A stretch of DNA of 64,000 nt from the human T2T-CHM13v2.0 reference genome, Homo sapiens. The DNA is taken from assembly GCF_009914755.1 (NCBI RefSeq), contig NC_060934.1; one strand, written 5' to 3'. Below the pieces are notes generated by a model. That model ran no database searches. It saw only the letters and a program-made list of their open reading frames with translations, and had not been told where the DNA came from. The stretch's first letter is position 1; each line of letters begins with the position of its first letter. The translations under genes were made by a program, and so were the position numbers. Shown piece by piece: positions 1 to 12,857 of the stretch.

Positions 1-216
1 ATTATCTGGCAATATTAGCATGCACAAATTCTCTTTTGCTAATAAGAACTCTATTTACTTTTATGTTAGTCAAAACAGAAGGCAAGATTTATGTTTCCCT
101 ATGAAGATGAAGAAACTGACTAGAACATTGCCTAATTGGAAGGCTATTTAATGTTCCAATGGAGAACAACCACAAACAAACAAGCAAACAAAAATGGGTG
201 GTCCTGGCCCCAACAG

Positions 217-295
217 TCAAGCTAGGAGGTGTATCTACAATAATCTTCATATGGATATTTTTCAAAATAGGTATTGCCAGTTCTCTCCTGCTTTC
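217..295 (-). pseudogene. Candidate terminal exon: KAGENWQYLF*KISI*RLL*IHLLA*
   Basis: Acceptor cttgtcctcatttttag|G; phase 2 matches the upstream exon (junction codon TA|G is a stop, possibly from TGG). Confidence 0.4.
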
Positions 296-528
296 CTAAA
301 AATGAGGACAAGATCCCTGAATCATGTACCCAGAAAATGTCGAATTGTTGGCAATACACCTGCCTCACAGGGCCCTCCAAGATGAACCAGACACAACATT
401 TATTATTTTGTTAACTACATGTGGGACTTTTTTATGGCATTGTTGAAGAAAAGTGTTGGAGGTGGTTTGCCAGAACTAATTTTGATGATGCAGAGTAAAT
501 CGTACTGAGTCACCCTTTTCATACTCAC

Positions 529-582
529 TAGATAGCAAGATATAACTTTCCATTGAGATCATTCCTAGTTAAAACTGTGTCA
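529..582 (-). pseudogene. 54-nt exon: DTVLTRNDLNGKLYLAI
   Basis: Long pyrimidine tract ...catcctgtatttccag| and donor |gtgagtat; open frame, phase 2 to 2. Confidence 0.65.
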
Positions 583-939
583 CTGGAAATACAGGATGGG
601 AAATGACGGAGAAAAATGAATGCTAAAAGCAGCAACATTGGAGGAGTTGTGTTGTGGAAGACATGGCCCAGGAAATGCCAGCGTAGAGAAGAAAAGGGTG
701 GGGGTAGAGCCCACCCAGAGGAACATGGCAGAGAAAACACGGTTCTGGGAGTGATAATCATGAGTAGAAAGAACAGTTAACATAAAAGAGGTTCATTAGG
801 AGCAACAGCTGAATAATGGAAAAGATTGTCAGTTAAGTTACAATAGGAAGTGATGAAGAAGTTAACTGAGTGTAGCAACCAACATAAAAGCCTGTGGGAA
901 TTCTGGAATGGCAGAGTTGCATAATGAGATGGAGTTTTA

Positions 940-1290
940 GGTCAGGCGAGGTGCCTCACTCCTGTAATTCCAGCACTTTGGGAGGCCGAGGCGGGTGGAT
1001 CACTTGAGGTCAGGAGTTCGAGACTAGCCTGCCCAACATGGTAAAACTCTGTCTCTACTAAAAATACAAAAATTAGCTGGACATGGTGGTGCACACCTAT
1101 AGTCCTAGCTACTCGGGAGGCTGAGGAAGGAGAGTGATTTGAGCCTGGGAGGTGGAGGCGGAGGCGGCAGTGAGCCAAGATCACCCAGCCTGGGTGACAG
1201 AGTGAGACTCCATCTCAAAAAAAAATAATAATTTTAAAATTATTAACTATATTAATAATTATTAATCATTAATAAATAATATCAATTTAA
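940..1290 (+). mobile_element. Alu (AluS-like) with AT-rich tail
   Basis: Alu consensus; TSD taatgagatggagttt on both sides. Confidence 0.95.
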
Positions 1291-1541
1291 TAATGAGATG
1301 GAGTTTCAGAAAAATCTAATTTAACAATAATTTATAGAATGGAGCTAAATATACAGGAACATGAGACAAAAAAACAACTAAAAATCAATGCTGTAATTCA
1401 CGCACAGGGATCAAAGGGAGAAGTGGGGAGATCGAGTTCATTACAAAGTTTCAAGAATTTTTCTTAGACTCAAGCAAAAGTGTTTTTATCAGACTGAAAA
1501 ACTAAAGAATTTTCAGTTTTTAATGTTAATGAAGGACTTAC

Positions 1542-1835
1542 TAATTTTTCTATTGATTTCTTAGAGTTGTATGATAGTTTCAGAGAAAAATAATGTTTTT
1601 TATTGTGCTTTCTACAGCAATGTTGGGATGTTTTTTGATTATCCATAAAAGTAACCAAAATTAGACATTAAAGCTCTCCAGCAGGTCTTCTGGTTCTTTT
1701 CCTAAGTGCACAGCCCTTCTTTGCTTCCAATGAAAAGTATTCCATGGTACAGTTATTTTCACATTTGGAAAGTCTTTGCTATCATCTCTTTTTTTTCTTT
1801 GTCTCCTTTTATGCCCAAGCTTTTATCATGAATTA
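1542..1835 (-). pseudogene. Decayed exon: ..DDSKDFPNVKITVPWNTFHWKQRRAVHLGKEPEDLLESFNV*FWLLLWIIKKHPNIAVESTIKNIIFL*NYHTTLRNQ*KN
   Basis: Donor |gtaagt at 1536-1541, phase 2 joins exon 582-529 (TA|T = Tyr); acceptor not clearly preserved, so the 5' boundary is approximate. Confidence 0.5.
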
Positions 1836-1964
1836 TTTTATAGAGCCAACCATACTCACCATCATCATCACCATCACTGTGACTATTTATCAGGAACCTG
1901 CACAGGGATAAGCATAGTAATAAAGGTTTTATGAAAGTTATTTTTAGTCATTTTTCTTTTCTTT

Positions 1965-3550
<1,586 letters not shown>

Positions 3551-3755
3551 TCCCTACAATAAACTTGACGGTTGAAAAATGTTATTCCTGGTTTACTGAC
3601 ATAAAAATGAAAGGCCAATGGCTAAGTAACATATCCAAAGTCACACAGATGCTAAATAACAGCATAAGTTCTCAGCCCTGGCTGGCCTAACCCTAACCTC
3701 TGAACCCTCCTACCTAGATCAGCATTCAAAATTTGTTTCATCTTATAATAAGTAA

Positions 3756-4070
<315 letters not shown>

Positions 4071-4275
4071 CTATAATCAATAATTTATTCTTCTTAATGA
4101 ACTCTATATGTTTTTATCATTTAATATCTATGTTGTTACAGTCAATTGTATGCAACGCTATGTAGCCATGATGATATTTAGTTTAGTTTTAATATATCTA
4201 TTTGTTGATTCCAGTTGCATATTTTCTGGTCAATCATCAAACCACTGGGTAACATAAAGAACACTGTTGGGTCAC

Positions 4276-4393
4276 CTCAAAGATGACTTAATAGAGATGG
4301 ATCTATAGTCAATCATGTGATTTGAGTGATGGCTCCTTGCTATTTAGGAATAGTGAAAACCATCTGTTTGAATTAGTAAAAGTCAGGCATTTT
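4276..4393 (-). pseudogene. Decayed exon: KCLTFTNSNRWFSLFLNSKEPSLKSHD*L*IHLY*VIFE
   Basis: Acceptor cctgtatattttcag|, donor GAG|gtgacc; phase 2 to 0; an alternative frame is possible. Confidence 0.45.
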
Positions 4394-4520
4394 CTGAAAA
4401 TATACAGGCATGCCATAATCTTTTAGTTTTGTGAGGCTAAAGTAAAATTTTGTAGAATTCTTACTAGTTGGTCTTTGCTGCAGTAACAGTGGAGAGTTAT
4501 CAACTGTACTTATCACTTAC

Positions 4521-4923
4521 ATAACTATCTCTTCAACCTTTCCAGGGGGTCACCACCCTTCTTCTGCAAAGTGCTAGATAGTAAATATTTTTGGCTTTGT
4601 GGACCATAAAGTCTCTGTTGAAAGTACTCAACCTTGCCATTATAGCAGAAAGTTCCATGGGCAATATGTAAACCAAATGAGGCTATTTTTCAACAAAACT
4701 TTATTTCTACACACAGAAATTTGAATTTTATATAATGTTTATGCCATTAAAATAGCATCCCTCTTTTGATTTTTTTAACTCATTCTTTGATCACAGTCAC
4801 ACAAAAACAGGCAGCAGGCTAGAATTGTCCTAAGGCCGTTGTTTGTAGGCCCTACACTCATAGAAAGTCCATGATGTAGGAACTGTGTCTTGGCGGTGAT
4901 TATATTCATGATGCTTAGTGTGC
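4521..4923 (-). pseudogene. Exon HTKHHEYNHRQDTVPTSWTFYE..[MER58]..KVEEIV, hit by a MER58 insertion
   Basis: Strong acceptor tttatcagtcttttgcag|G at 4924; donor |gtaagt at 4515-4520 on the far side of the MER58. Confidence 0.5.
4543..4854 (+). mobile_element. MER58B-like hAT-Charlie MITE
   Basis: cagggg.. start, gatagtaaatatttt..ggctttg and aaaactttattt motifs, ..gtttg...ccct end. Confidence 0.8.
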
Positions 4924-5124
4924 CTGCAAAAGACTGATAAATATATAATTCTTAATCAAAAGTGCAAATAGTTGCTATGGAAAATACTGTTGATCTTTGA
5001 AAAAAAACTGAAGTATTCTATTTGTCCATAAAATATGGACAAAGCTCTTTAATCATAGTCCTTGGGAATTTAGTCTCAAATTCACAGTGTGTCCCTTGTC
5101 GACTGATTCTCCAATTTAAAATAC

Positions 5125-5435
5125 CCTCTTTTCCCAATCGTTATTGGCACAGCTTCCAACTGCTCCCTGTGGAAGCTCCCTTGGCTGAGGAGGGAGATTT
5201 GTTCTCAGTCATCTTCCTCGCCAGTCAGGCACTAATCCTCAGAGATTGTCCCCATGGCAATGCAATTTGGTACAAAGACGCGAAGACACACAATCCATTG
5301 TACTGTCCAAAGACAACCTCAATTAAACACTCCCCAACCACAGAACCCATGCAGAATTTATGGCACTTTCACCCATGAGGATCTAGAGGGTATGGCAGAT
5401 CCTCCAGGGTTGCATTAGACATTGGTTCCTAGGCT
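5125..5435 (-). pseudogene. Decayed exon: A*EPMSNATLEDLPYPLDPHG*KCHKFCMGSVVGECLIEVVFGQYNGLC/LRVFVPNCIAMGTISED*CLTGEEDD*EQISLLSQGSFHREQLEAVPITIGKR
   Basis: Acceptor ..tactgcag|, donor GG|gtattt; phase 2 start; one inferred +2 frameshift in a TG run. Confidence 0.55.
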
Positions 5436-5511
5436 CTGCAGTACTGAGATTACAGCACAACTTTAATTCCACTTTTAGGACTGTTCAAATAGATGCAAGT
5501 CCTAAATATAT

Positions 5512-5630
5512 ATTATTCACCCCAAATACTTTCAAGGACTGACCATGTGCCAGGCATTTTGCTAGGTGTTGGGAACAGAGTGTTGAGTAAGCCAGAAAAG
5601 ATGCTTGTCTGCAGGAAGTCTATACTCTGA
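5512..5630 (-). mobile_element. L2 3' end fragment
   Basis: atgtgccaggcattttgctaggtgttgggaaca motif. Confidence 0.7.
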
Positions 5631-5791
5631 AAATTATCTTTGTTTCTATCTCTATATACACATCTATACTTGTATGTGTGTACAGTAATCATGATGTAAA
5701 AAATACGGTATTAATTAAATTAAATAAAATAAGAATATATAGTAATAATAATACTATGTTATTTAAGAGTTGGATAGGATTAAAATTACCT

Positions 5792-6149
5792 GCCAGGCAT
5801 AGTGGCTTATACCTGTTATCCCAGCATTTTGGGAGACTGCGGCAAATGGATCACTTGAGCCCAGGAGTTTGAGACCAGCCTGGGCAACATGGCAAAACCT
5901 GTCTCTGCAAAACAAAACAAAATGAAACAAACAAACAAAAAATAATTAGTAGGTTGGTGCAAAAGTAATTGTGGTTTTCACCATTACTTTCAATGGAGAA
6001 AACCACAATTACTTTTTAGTTGGATGTGGTGGTTTGCGACTGTGGTCTCAGCTACTCAGGAGGCTAAGGAGGAAGCATCACATAAGTCTGGGAAGTTGAG
6101 GCTGTATTGAGCTCAGATCGCACCACTGCACTCCAGCCTGGGTGACAGA
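5792..6149 (+). mobile_element. Alu (AluJ-like) carrying a MADE1 in its linker
   Basis: Left and right arms separated by MADE1. Confidence 0.9.
5950..6016. mobile_element. MADE1 (Hsmar1 MITE), one TIR truncated
   Basis: taggttggtgcaaaagtaattgtggtttt..aaaaccacaattactttt palindrome. Confidence 0.9.
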
Positions 6150-6213
6150 TGATACAGAAGCTGTATTTTAATTTTTGTTTGCAAACATTATCTCGTTAGA
6201 GTGGCTTTCATAC

Positions 6214-6356
6214 AGAATTATTTGTCAATATTTTCAACCAAAATGGCCACTGGATTGAAGCTGCATGATCTTCCTGGATGTCGGAAAATATGTTTGATGC
6301 CATTTTAAAGATAATTCATTTTCTTGTTGCTTCTTTGGTGACTTTTTAAGGCAGAA
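6214..6356 (-). pseudogene. Decayed exon: FCLKKSPKKQQENELSLKWHQTYFPTSRKIMQLQSSGHFG*KY*QII
   Basis: Acceptor ..tgaatag|, donor CT|gtatga; phase 0 to 2; both stops TGA. Confidence 0.6.
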
Positions 6357-6462
6357 CTATTCAGTACATTAGGCAGATTTATTAAGTTTGTAATAGTGTA
6401 ATAACTGCTTTACTCGGAAATTTTAAAGCACTTTATTGTCGGATCAGTCCCTTGAGAGTTAC

Positions 6463-6709
6463 TTAGTTGTAGACTTTTCTTTCTTCTTTTATCTCCTAAG
6501 ACATATCTGAGTTAATGAAACGCTCAGAAGAATAGTCAACTCTCTAGGCTATTCATTTGTTCTGCTGTTGAGCTAGCCATGGATGCTGAGTTGCTGGGGT
6601 TGTTGAGGTTCTTTTGGATGTGCCACATAACCAATGACTGTAACTGCTAGTGGACGAAGGGTTGGATTATCAATGCCACTGTTCATTGGAAATTAGAAAC
6701 TCTTAAACC
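6463..6709 (-). pseudogene. Decayed exon: V*EFLISNEQWH**SNPSSTSSYSHWLCGTSKRTSTTPATQHPWLAQQQNK*IA*RVDYSSERFINSDMS*EIKEERKVYN*
   Basis: Acceptor atacacttctttcag|G, donor |gtaact; phase 2 to 0; 7 stops, so the frame is less certain. Confidence 0.5.
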
Positions 6710-7034
6710 CTGAAAGAAGTGTATTTGGGATGATGCCTTCAACACTGTGTGTGACCATTATGCAAGTTTTTCTCCCTGTCAATCTGCCTTTGGTAATATT
6801 TCAGTGGAGATTCCGGTTGTTCTTATAAACATTAGTCATCCAGAAATTTTTAAATCATATTTTCATCATTATCGAAATGTCTTCTTCTCTCCAGGTTACA
6901 TGATTTTGTTGGTGCTATGAGCCTGTGCTAATCAATGTGGCTTTTGGATTCAGTAAATGCTATGGCTAGTATTTATCCTTTTCAGTCTATTTCCTCATCA
7001 AATAATGCTTAAGGGATATGCTTTACCTACTCAC

Positions 7035-7183
7035 CTAACTTTTTCTATCTAAAGAAGATTTTTAACCTAATTTGGATCAGACAAGTATGACCATAACTTG
7101 AAAGAACTGGGGCTTTTCCTTTCTGTAAATCCACACAGAGAATTATTATCTCCTATATCAGAAACACCGATTTTCCAAAGAAC
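7035..7183 (-). pseudogene. Decayed exon: VLWKIGVSDIGDNNSLCGFTERKSPSSFKLWSYLSDPN*VKNLL*IEKV
   Basis: Acceptor tcctgtccatgcattcag|, donor AG|gtgagt; phase 0 to 2. Confidence 0.7.
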
Positions 7184-7360
7184 CTGAATGCATGGACAGG
7201 ATACATCGAAGCAGATTCTTCCCTTTATCATTTTATCCCAGCTTTTAATTATTAAGTATATTTAAATATTGTGTTATAATTTGCTTAAGAATATTTATCT
7301 CACCATAAATTTGCATCTTTGATTGAGTGGGCTGCACAAATAGACTATAACTTTATTTTC

Positions 7361-7677
<317 letters not shown>

Positions 7678-8086
7678 TATTTTCTTCTTTTTAAGAGTTA
7701 ATTCCTCAGACAACAAAGAATCTGAAGTTTAGAGCTACACCTTAAGCATGGAATATTAAATTGTTTTAAGACACCAGCAAGTATTAAAATTCTTCAGCAA
7801 TGTGATGGTAACCTAACTAGATGTAGTCATTAGGAATGATTAAATATCAAATACATTTTCCTTTTTAAAAAATCAGTTAGAAATGGGACACAGTGAGAGT
7901 GTTATCTTCAACATCAGCTAATAATGTTTAAAGGCAGTCTCATGCCTGTGATAAGTGTGTCTGTTTCATAGATGTCATTGGTGCTCTGATAAGTCTACCT
8001 CACATACTGTGTGGGTTAATATCAATATTTGTAATCCTTCTAAGAGACTATGATTTCGTAAGCAAGCAAGGCAGAGCAAAGCATAC

Positions 8087-8184
8087 CTTTTGTGATTTGA
8101 CTTTTTGTAACTTGTGAGTGATTCACAAATTCTGATCGTGTCCTTGGAACATGAAATTGCACACATATACTACTGTGTAGATAC
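8087..8184 (-). pseudogene. Decayed exon: IYTVVYVCNFMFQGHDQNL*ITHKLQKVKSQK
   Basis: Acceptor ttagtgtcttcag|, donor AAG|gtatgc; phase 1 to 0; 69-nt upstream intron. Confidence 0.7.
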
Positions 8185-8253
8185 CTGAAGACACTAATTG
8201 TTCCCTAATTTGCTTATTATTTCAGCCTGGGCTCTAACTGATAGAAAACTTAC

Positions 8254-8468
8254 GGGCCTTTGATATATGGGATCCATGTGCTTCAAAAGACAAGAAACCT
8301 ACAGTCTTGTCCAGAATCCACTGCTGTGATTTAAGAATGGGATGACCAGATAGAAGTCAGCCTTCTACGAGGCTCTGAAATTGGATTACTGCCTTTCAGC
8401 AGCTTTGTTGGATGTTGATGTTGAGACATTTGGAAGGAGATCAATAATCATCAGATGTCTCAAATTCA
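8254..8468 (-). pseudogene. Decayed exon: EFETSDDY*SPSKCLNINIQQSC*KAVIQFQSLVEG*LLSGHPILKSQQWILDKTVGFLSFEAHGSHISKA
   Basis: Acceptor ttattttttcag|, donor |gtaagt; phase 2 to 1; three stops, all TGA. Confidence 0.7.
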
Positions 8469-8594
8469 CTGAAAAAATAATTGCACAATATTTAACTAGT
8501 GTCACGGCATGACAGAATGGTCTTTCTTCAAACATAGAATAGCGTTATACTTCTATTTTTAGCTTAAGATAGTTTATAAAAAGCCTACTTCTTT

Positions 8595-8698
8595 CTCTCT
8601 CTATATATATACACACATACACTATATTTATAACTCTATATGTAGCTATATATAGTTTATATATCTATACACACATGTATAGATATATATATATATAA
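8595..8698. repeat. (TA)n/(CA)n low-complexity
   Basis: Direct reading. Confidence 0.8.
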
Positions 8699-8946
8699 CT
8701 GTTCTCTGTTTCATACTAAATGAGACAATGATAAAAGCATGAAGCAGCCTGACTCAGAGTTGCCATGGACATTTGAGGTGATTTCACTCTGATTCAACCC
8801 ATTTTCTAATAAGTAAAAATGAACTGAATCATATCAGTAGCTTTTTTGGCAGTGACTTTTATGCTAATTCAGTTTTTGGAGAATGTGTCAATTAGCATTA
8901 CCAGTAGGGGTTAATATCTCTTTTTACTTCTTTGGAAGATTGCTGC

Positions 8947-9053
8947 CTTCCTTCTCTCCCTCCCCTCCCCTCCCCTCCCCCTTCCCCCCTCCCCTCCCCC
9001 TTCCCCTTCCCCTTCCCTTCCCTTCCTTCCTCCCTCCTTTCCTTCCTTTTTTT
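8947..9053. repeat. Polypyrimidine (CCCCT/CCCTT/CCTT)n tract
   Basis: Direct reading. Confidence 0.9.
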
Positions 9054-9187
9054 TAAAAAAAATTTTCACTCACTCTTATAGTAGGTGTGCCAAATGCTTT
9101 GCGAATGTGACATAAAATATCAACAAAAAATGAGATATTGAATATTTTAAAATATAAATGTAATTGTATTAAATTACAAAAGTATAC

Positions 9188-9469
9188 CATTCATTACAGA
9201 AAAGTTTTTTCTGGGCATGGTTATGGAGGAGATTGAAGTTTGCTTTGAAACAGGGGAGCATACGTCAGTGACAGTGGTTTGCAGCGTAGCTTCACTGAGG
9301 GACAATAAAGCCAGGAAAATTCTGTTGCTGATTTTATGACCACATCCCCTTTTCATGGCCATCCCTTTTACTGATTGGGATGCCTACTAGGACTTTTGTG
9401 TTTTCTACGATAATACTGATTTTTAGTGAGTTTACACCACTTGATGAAAGAAAATTGAATGTATAGTAC
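9188..9469 (-). pseudogene. Decayed exon: YYTFNFLSSSGVNSLKISIIVENTKVLVGIPISKRDGHEKGMWS*NQQQNFPGFIVPQ*SYAANHCH*RMLPCFKANFNLLHNHAQKKLFCNE
   Basis: Acceptor ..aaattgcag|G, donor TG|gtatac; 282 nt, phase 2 to 2. Confidence 0.7.
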
Positions 9470-9677
9470 CTGCAATTTAAATGTTACACATTTGTAAGGC
9501 ATTTCATATATAGGTAAAATTACTAATCTGAAAAAATAATTGGCCTGGTTTTTATTCAGCAAAATATATATACATGGCATTCAAGTGGCAGAAGCAGCTG
9601 GAAAATTCTGTGTTTAAACTTCTAGGGCTGCGGGAAGACCCTCTCTCTTCCATTTATAATGATCATTTATTACTCAC

Positions 9678-9773
9678 TCAAGTCAAACAAGTATTGCTTC
9701 TCTGGCTTAAGACGTTGGTGCATGTGGGAGAGGTGAACGGTCACAGATAATTTCATTGGAATGAGTTTGTCAC
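9678..9773 (-). pseudogene. Decayed exon: *QTHSNEIICDRSPLPHAPTS*AREAILV*L
   Basis: Acceptor ..tcaaacag|G (alternatives at 9781 and 9793), donor GA|gtgagt; 96 nt, phase 2 to 2. Confidence 0.65.
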
Positions 9774-9997
9774 CTGTTTGACTGGAAACAGATCTGAATA
9801 TGGGAAGATGCTTTGTGCACACAGTGGACCTTGGAGGAGTAAGAAAGGGACTCGCCATTGATGGGGTGAAGTGGGGGGCAGCAGAGAGAGGGGCTGGGGT
9901 GACCAAGACTGATTGGGCAGCTAGAGAGGAGGAATGCCTCTAATCCTGCGAAGGCCTTTTGTAGCCTATATAAAATTCTGCATAAAAATAATTCTGC

Positions 9998-10220
9998 AGA
10001 CCATCCTGGCTAACATGGTGAAACCCCAACTCTACTAAAAATACAAAAAAATTAGCCAGGCATGGTGGCAGGTGCCTGTAGTCCCTGCTACTTGGGAGGC
10101 TGAGGCAGGAGAATGATGTCAACCGGGAGGCGGAGCTTGCAGTGAGCCGAGAGAAGACCGCTGCACTCCAACCTGGGCGACAGAGTGAGACTCCGTCTCA
10201 AAAAAAAAAAAAAAAAAAAA
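9998..10220 (+). mobile_element. 5'-truncated AluY-like
   Basis: agaccatcctggctaaca and gagcttgcagtgagccgag diagnostics, long poly-A. Confidence 0.9.
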
Positions 10221-10789
10221 GTTGCAAAATTCATACATTTTGAATGAGTTGCAAGAAAAAATGAAGTTACTCTGTTGTTTTCATCTCTTTTAAACTGTCC
10301 CAAGTCCAAGATCAGTTGATATAAACATGCTGTGGTACAACTTTCCTTGCTTTTCAGAGTGATCTCAAGCCTATGTCCTTATCGGAAACATATTTGTCTG
10401 GTCATGACTGACTGTTGGAATCTGTCTGGAAGCACACATGGGAAACACCTGGTATACCTGGTACCTGGTGTACCTTGTATTACCCTCAGGGCTACATGGA
10501 TTGTGTTGAAAGCTGTCTTTTAACATGATGCCCATCTTTGGTTGTGATGACTTATTTTTTAGAAATTAGTCGGGTTAAAGTGAGCCACACTTCTCCATGG
10601 ACATTCAGCATATAGGATGTCACAGCAAGGAACACAACTGCAAGTTAGGAGCTGGCATTGAGTCAGGGCACGGAGCAGAGGCTGTATCTCGAGGAAAAAC
10701 AGTCGGCGTGAAGTTGTGTGAAGGGGGCATAAAAGTGACTCAGAACTCCGTCTGATCGTGGAGGACTGAGAGGGCAAAAGTTCTTGCTT

Positions 10790-11073
10790 GGCGGGGCGTG
10801 GTGGCTGATGCCTGTAATACCAGCACTTTGGGAGGCCAGGGTGGGTGGATCACTTGAGCTCAGAAGTTCCAGATCAGCCCTGGAAAGTTGGTGAGACCCC
10901 ATCTCTACAAAAATTAGCTGGGCGTGGTGGCATGTGCCTGTAGCCCCAGCTCCTAGGGAGGCTGAGGTGGGAGTATTGCCAGAGCCCAGAAGGTCACGGC
11001 TGCAGTAAGCCAAGATGGTGCCGCTGTACTCCAGTCCGGGTGACAGAGTGAGATCCTGTCTCCAAAAAAAAAA
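10790..11073 (+). mobile_element. Alu (AluJ-like)
   Basis: Alu consensus. Confidence 0.9.
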
Positions 11074-11524
11074 GATTAGAAAGTTATTGCTCAAGTGATA
11101 TTTCCATGAAAGTACAACTTAGTGACAAATTACCCATTATTTGAACGCTACAACTTTCACAGAACAAGTTGGACAATGTGTATAGAAGCAAGTTTCTTAA
11201 CAAACAAGCTATATTACTTAGGAGTAAGGAAGGGGAATGTGGCATCTCATTTCAGACTCTTAACTTCCTCTTTTGAGTCTGACACATCTTCTATATTTTC
11301 TTAAGGCCTCCCAGAAGCAAACAGGCAAGGCTGGAAAAAGGAAGTTAAATAGTGATTTGCTCAATTTGAAAGAAACATAACTTTTTCACATGATACCAAA
11401 CGTTTCCCAAATGAAACACTCCCTACCCTGCCCCAGCATGCAACTTTCCAACTAAATCTGGCCCAAGTAAGTCGTCTCATCAGCTGGATTAAATATACTT
11501 TCTTCATCTTTGGCTGGGTCTTAC

Positions 11525-11630
11525 CAAAATGAGTGATTCAACTTCTTAGGAGAGATTGCTGCAAGGGTTACACCAACAGATAAATATGGGAATTTCTTTC
11601 ACACTTGCTCGTTTCAGACCAATAGCAGAG
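11525..11630 (-). pseudogene. Decayed exon: LLLV*NEQV*KKFPYLSVGVTLAAISPKKLNHSF
   Basis: Acceptor cactgtttacctag|, donor TG|gtaaga; phase 1 to 2; both stops TGA. Confidence 0.7.
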
Positions 11631-11723
11631 CTAGGTAAACAGTGATCTCATCTTCAGTCACACAGTTTTGCTGACATTACAAAGAAAGGTGTCAACACAG
11701 ATTTAAGGTGGCTGTCAACTTAC

Positions 11724-11769
11724 TGAGTCCATCATTTTGGCTTTTGAGTTTTTCACCATAGAGAGCTAA
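11724..11769 (-). pseudogene. 46-nt exon: LALYGEKLKSQNDGL
   Basis: Strong acceptor gtttttcgtttttctcag|, donor |gtaagt; open, phase 0 to 1. Confidence 0.7.
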
Positions 11770-11889
11770 CTGAGAAAAACGAAAAACTTTTTTTTCTACT
11801 TTTTTTTTAAACTAGAAAAGCAATGGCTGCTCCTTAAATATACGTAAAGAATAGAAAGAAGAGAGAAAGGTACTAATGTATCCCACCAC

Positions 11890-12076
11890 CTATATGGAAA
11901 CAGTATTCATATTTCTCCTTGATTCTGAAACATTTATGATCTTTGCAGGGAAATTTTTGGTATGTTTCAGGTAACTGTAGATGAGAGCTCTTTCTTTTCA
12001 ATCAGTTCTGAGAACTTGATATCTTAAGTGGTTCTTTAAGTCCAAAATATTTCAGTTGAGTTAAACTTTAACCAAC
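11890..12076 (-). pseudogene. Decayed exon: LVKV*LN*NILDLKNHLRYQVLRTD*KERALIYSYLKHTKNFPAKIINVSESRRNMNTVSI*
   Basis: Acceptor ..tcacctag|G, weak donor AG|gtggtg; phase 2 to 0. Confidence 0.5.
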
Positions 12077-12203
12077 CTAGGTGATTAGTGTATATGCTCT
12101 AAAACCTTGCGGAACACTTTGTATCAACAAATAACACAAACCCTGAATTCCTGGAGCATGTATTATGTTTATATTCAAACATAACCCTGAAATGTGTTCT
12201 TAC

Positions 12204-12281
12204 TCTAAGTATCTCAGACACATTCTTCTTATTTGAAAGCTTCGTGTATTACTCAACAACCTCTAACATATCTCAGCGATG
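12204..12281 (-). pseudogene. Decayed exon: IAEIC*RLLSNTRSFQIRRMCLRYL
   Basis: Donor GA|gtaaga; acceptor pyrimidine tract present but AG apparently mutated to AA; phase 2 to 2. Confidence 0.5.
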
Positions 12282-12352
12282 TTAAAGACACATAGAGAAG
12301 AAATGACATCATGAAGCTGATTCTGTTCTTTCAGCTTTGTGTTTAGCTAATG

Positions 12353-12676
12353 CTGAACAGAGCGGTGAGTCATGCAGTCCTGTGACCAGCCAGGCGCTTT
12401 TCCAATCAGAGTCTGTTAAGATCTTTGACAACAGTACCTGTAGTTGTTTGAAGAGGAGGTTTCAGTAGTGACCTGTACCCTTGGTAATAACAGGCTTTAT
12501 AGGTAACAAAATGTGTTCTCTGCCTACTGAATAACAAAACACCAATCATGAGATAACGCTTAGTAAAGCTGACTCATTTCCTCCTTTACAGATGAAAGGA
12601 GTTGTCCAAGAAATGACTATCTCAGAGGGAAATTTTCCTTCAGGTCATTACGTGAGTCTCTTTAAAGCATGGCGGA
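12353..12676 (-). pseudogene. Probable decayed exon(s): ..KDLNRL*LEKRLAGHRTA*LTALF
   Basis: Candidate acceptors at 12677 and 12524/12527; donor not preserved; needs a frameshift or a split into two exons. Confidence 0.35.
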
Positions 12677-12744
12677 CTGTAGCATTAGGTTTTCAGTTAT
12701 TAGGTATATTAAAAAGTAAATTTTATTATGAAATAATATCATAC

Positions 12745-12857
12745 ATTTAAAGCCCGGTCCGGTTTTATCTTGAAATATGTGATAACTCCTGGTTTCAGAT
12801 GCGATTCAGAAGAAATAGGTTGACTTGTATCATCAGGTGTCCAGAAGATTAAAATTT
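12745..12857 (-). pseudogene. Exon: ILIFWTPDDTSQPISSESHLKPGVITYFKIKPDRALN
   Basis: Acceptor ..aaaacag|, donor |gtatga; open, phase 1 to 0. Confidence 0.45.

Noticed and set aside
6200-7100. Minus-strand motifs resembling an IS630-Tc1-mariner transposase (GIIPNTLLSGFKS, PTLRPLAVTV, FRHPGRSCSFNPV)
   Set aside because: It needs several frameshifts, lacks the second Asp and the Glu, and has overly long spacing. The same DNA is better explained by three phase-consistent exons with intact splice sites in other frames. An HMM search would settle it.
8087-11630. In-frame TGA codons read as selenocysteine or readthrough
   Set aside because: TAA and TAG stops occur in the same frame, and no SECIS was recognised; CGA>TGA decay is simpler
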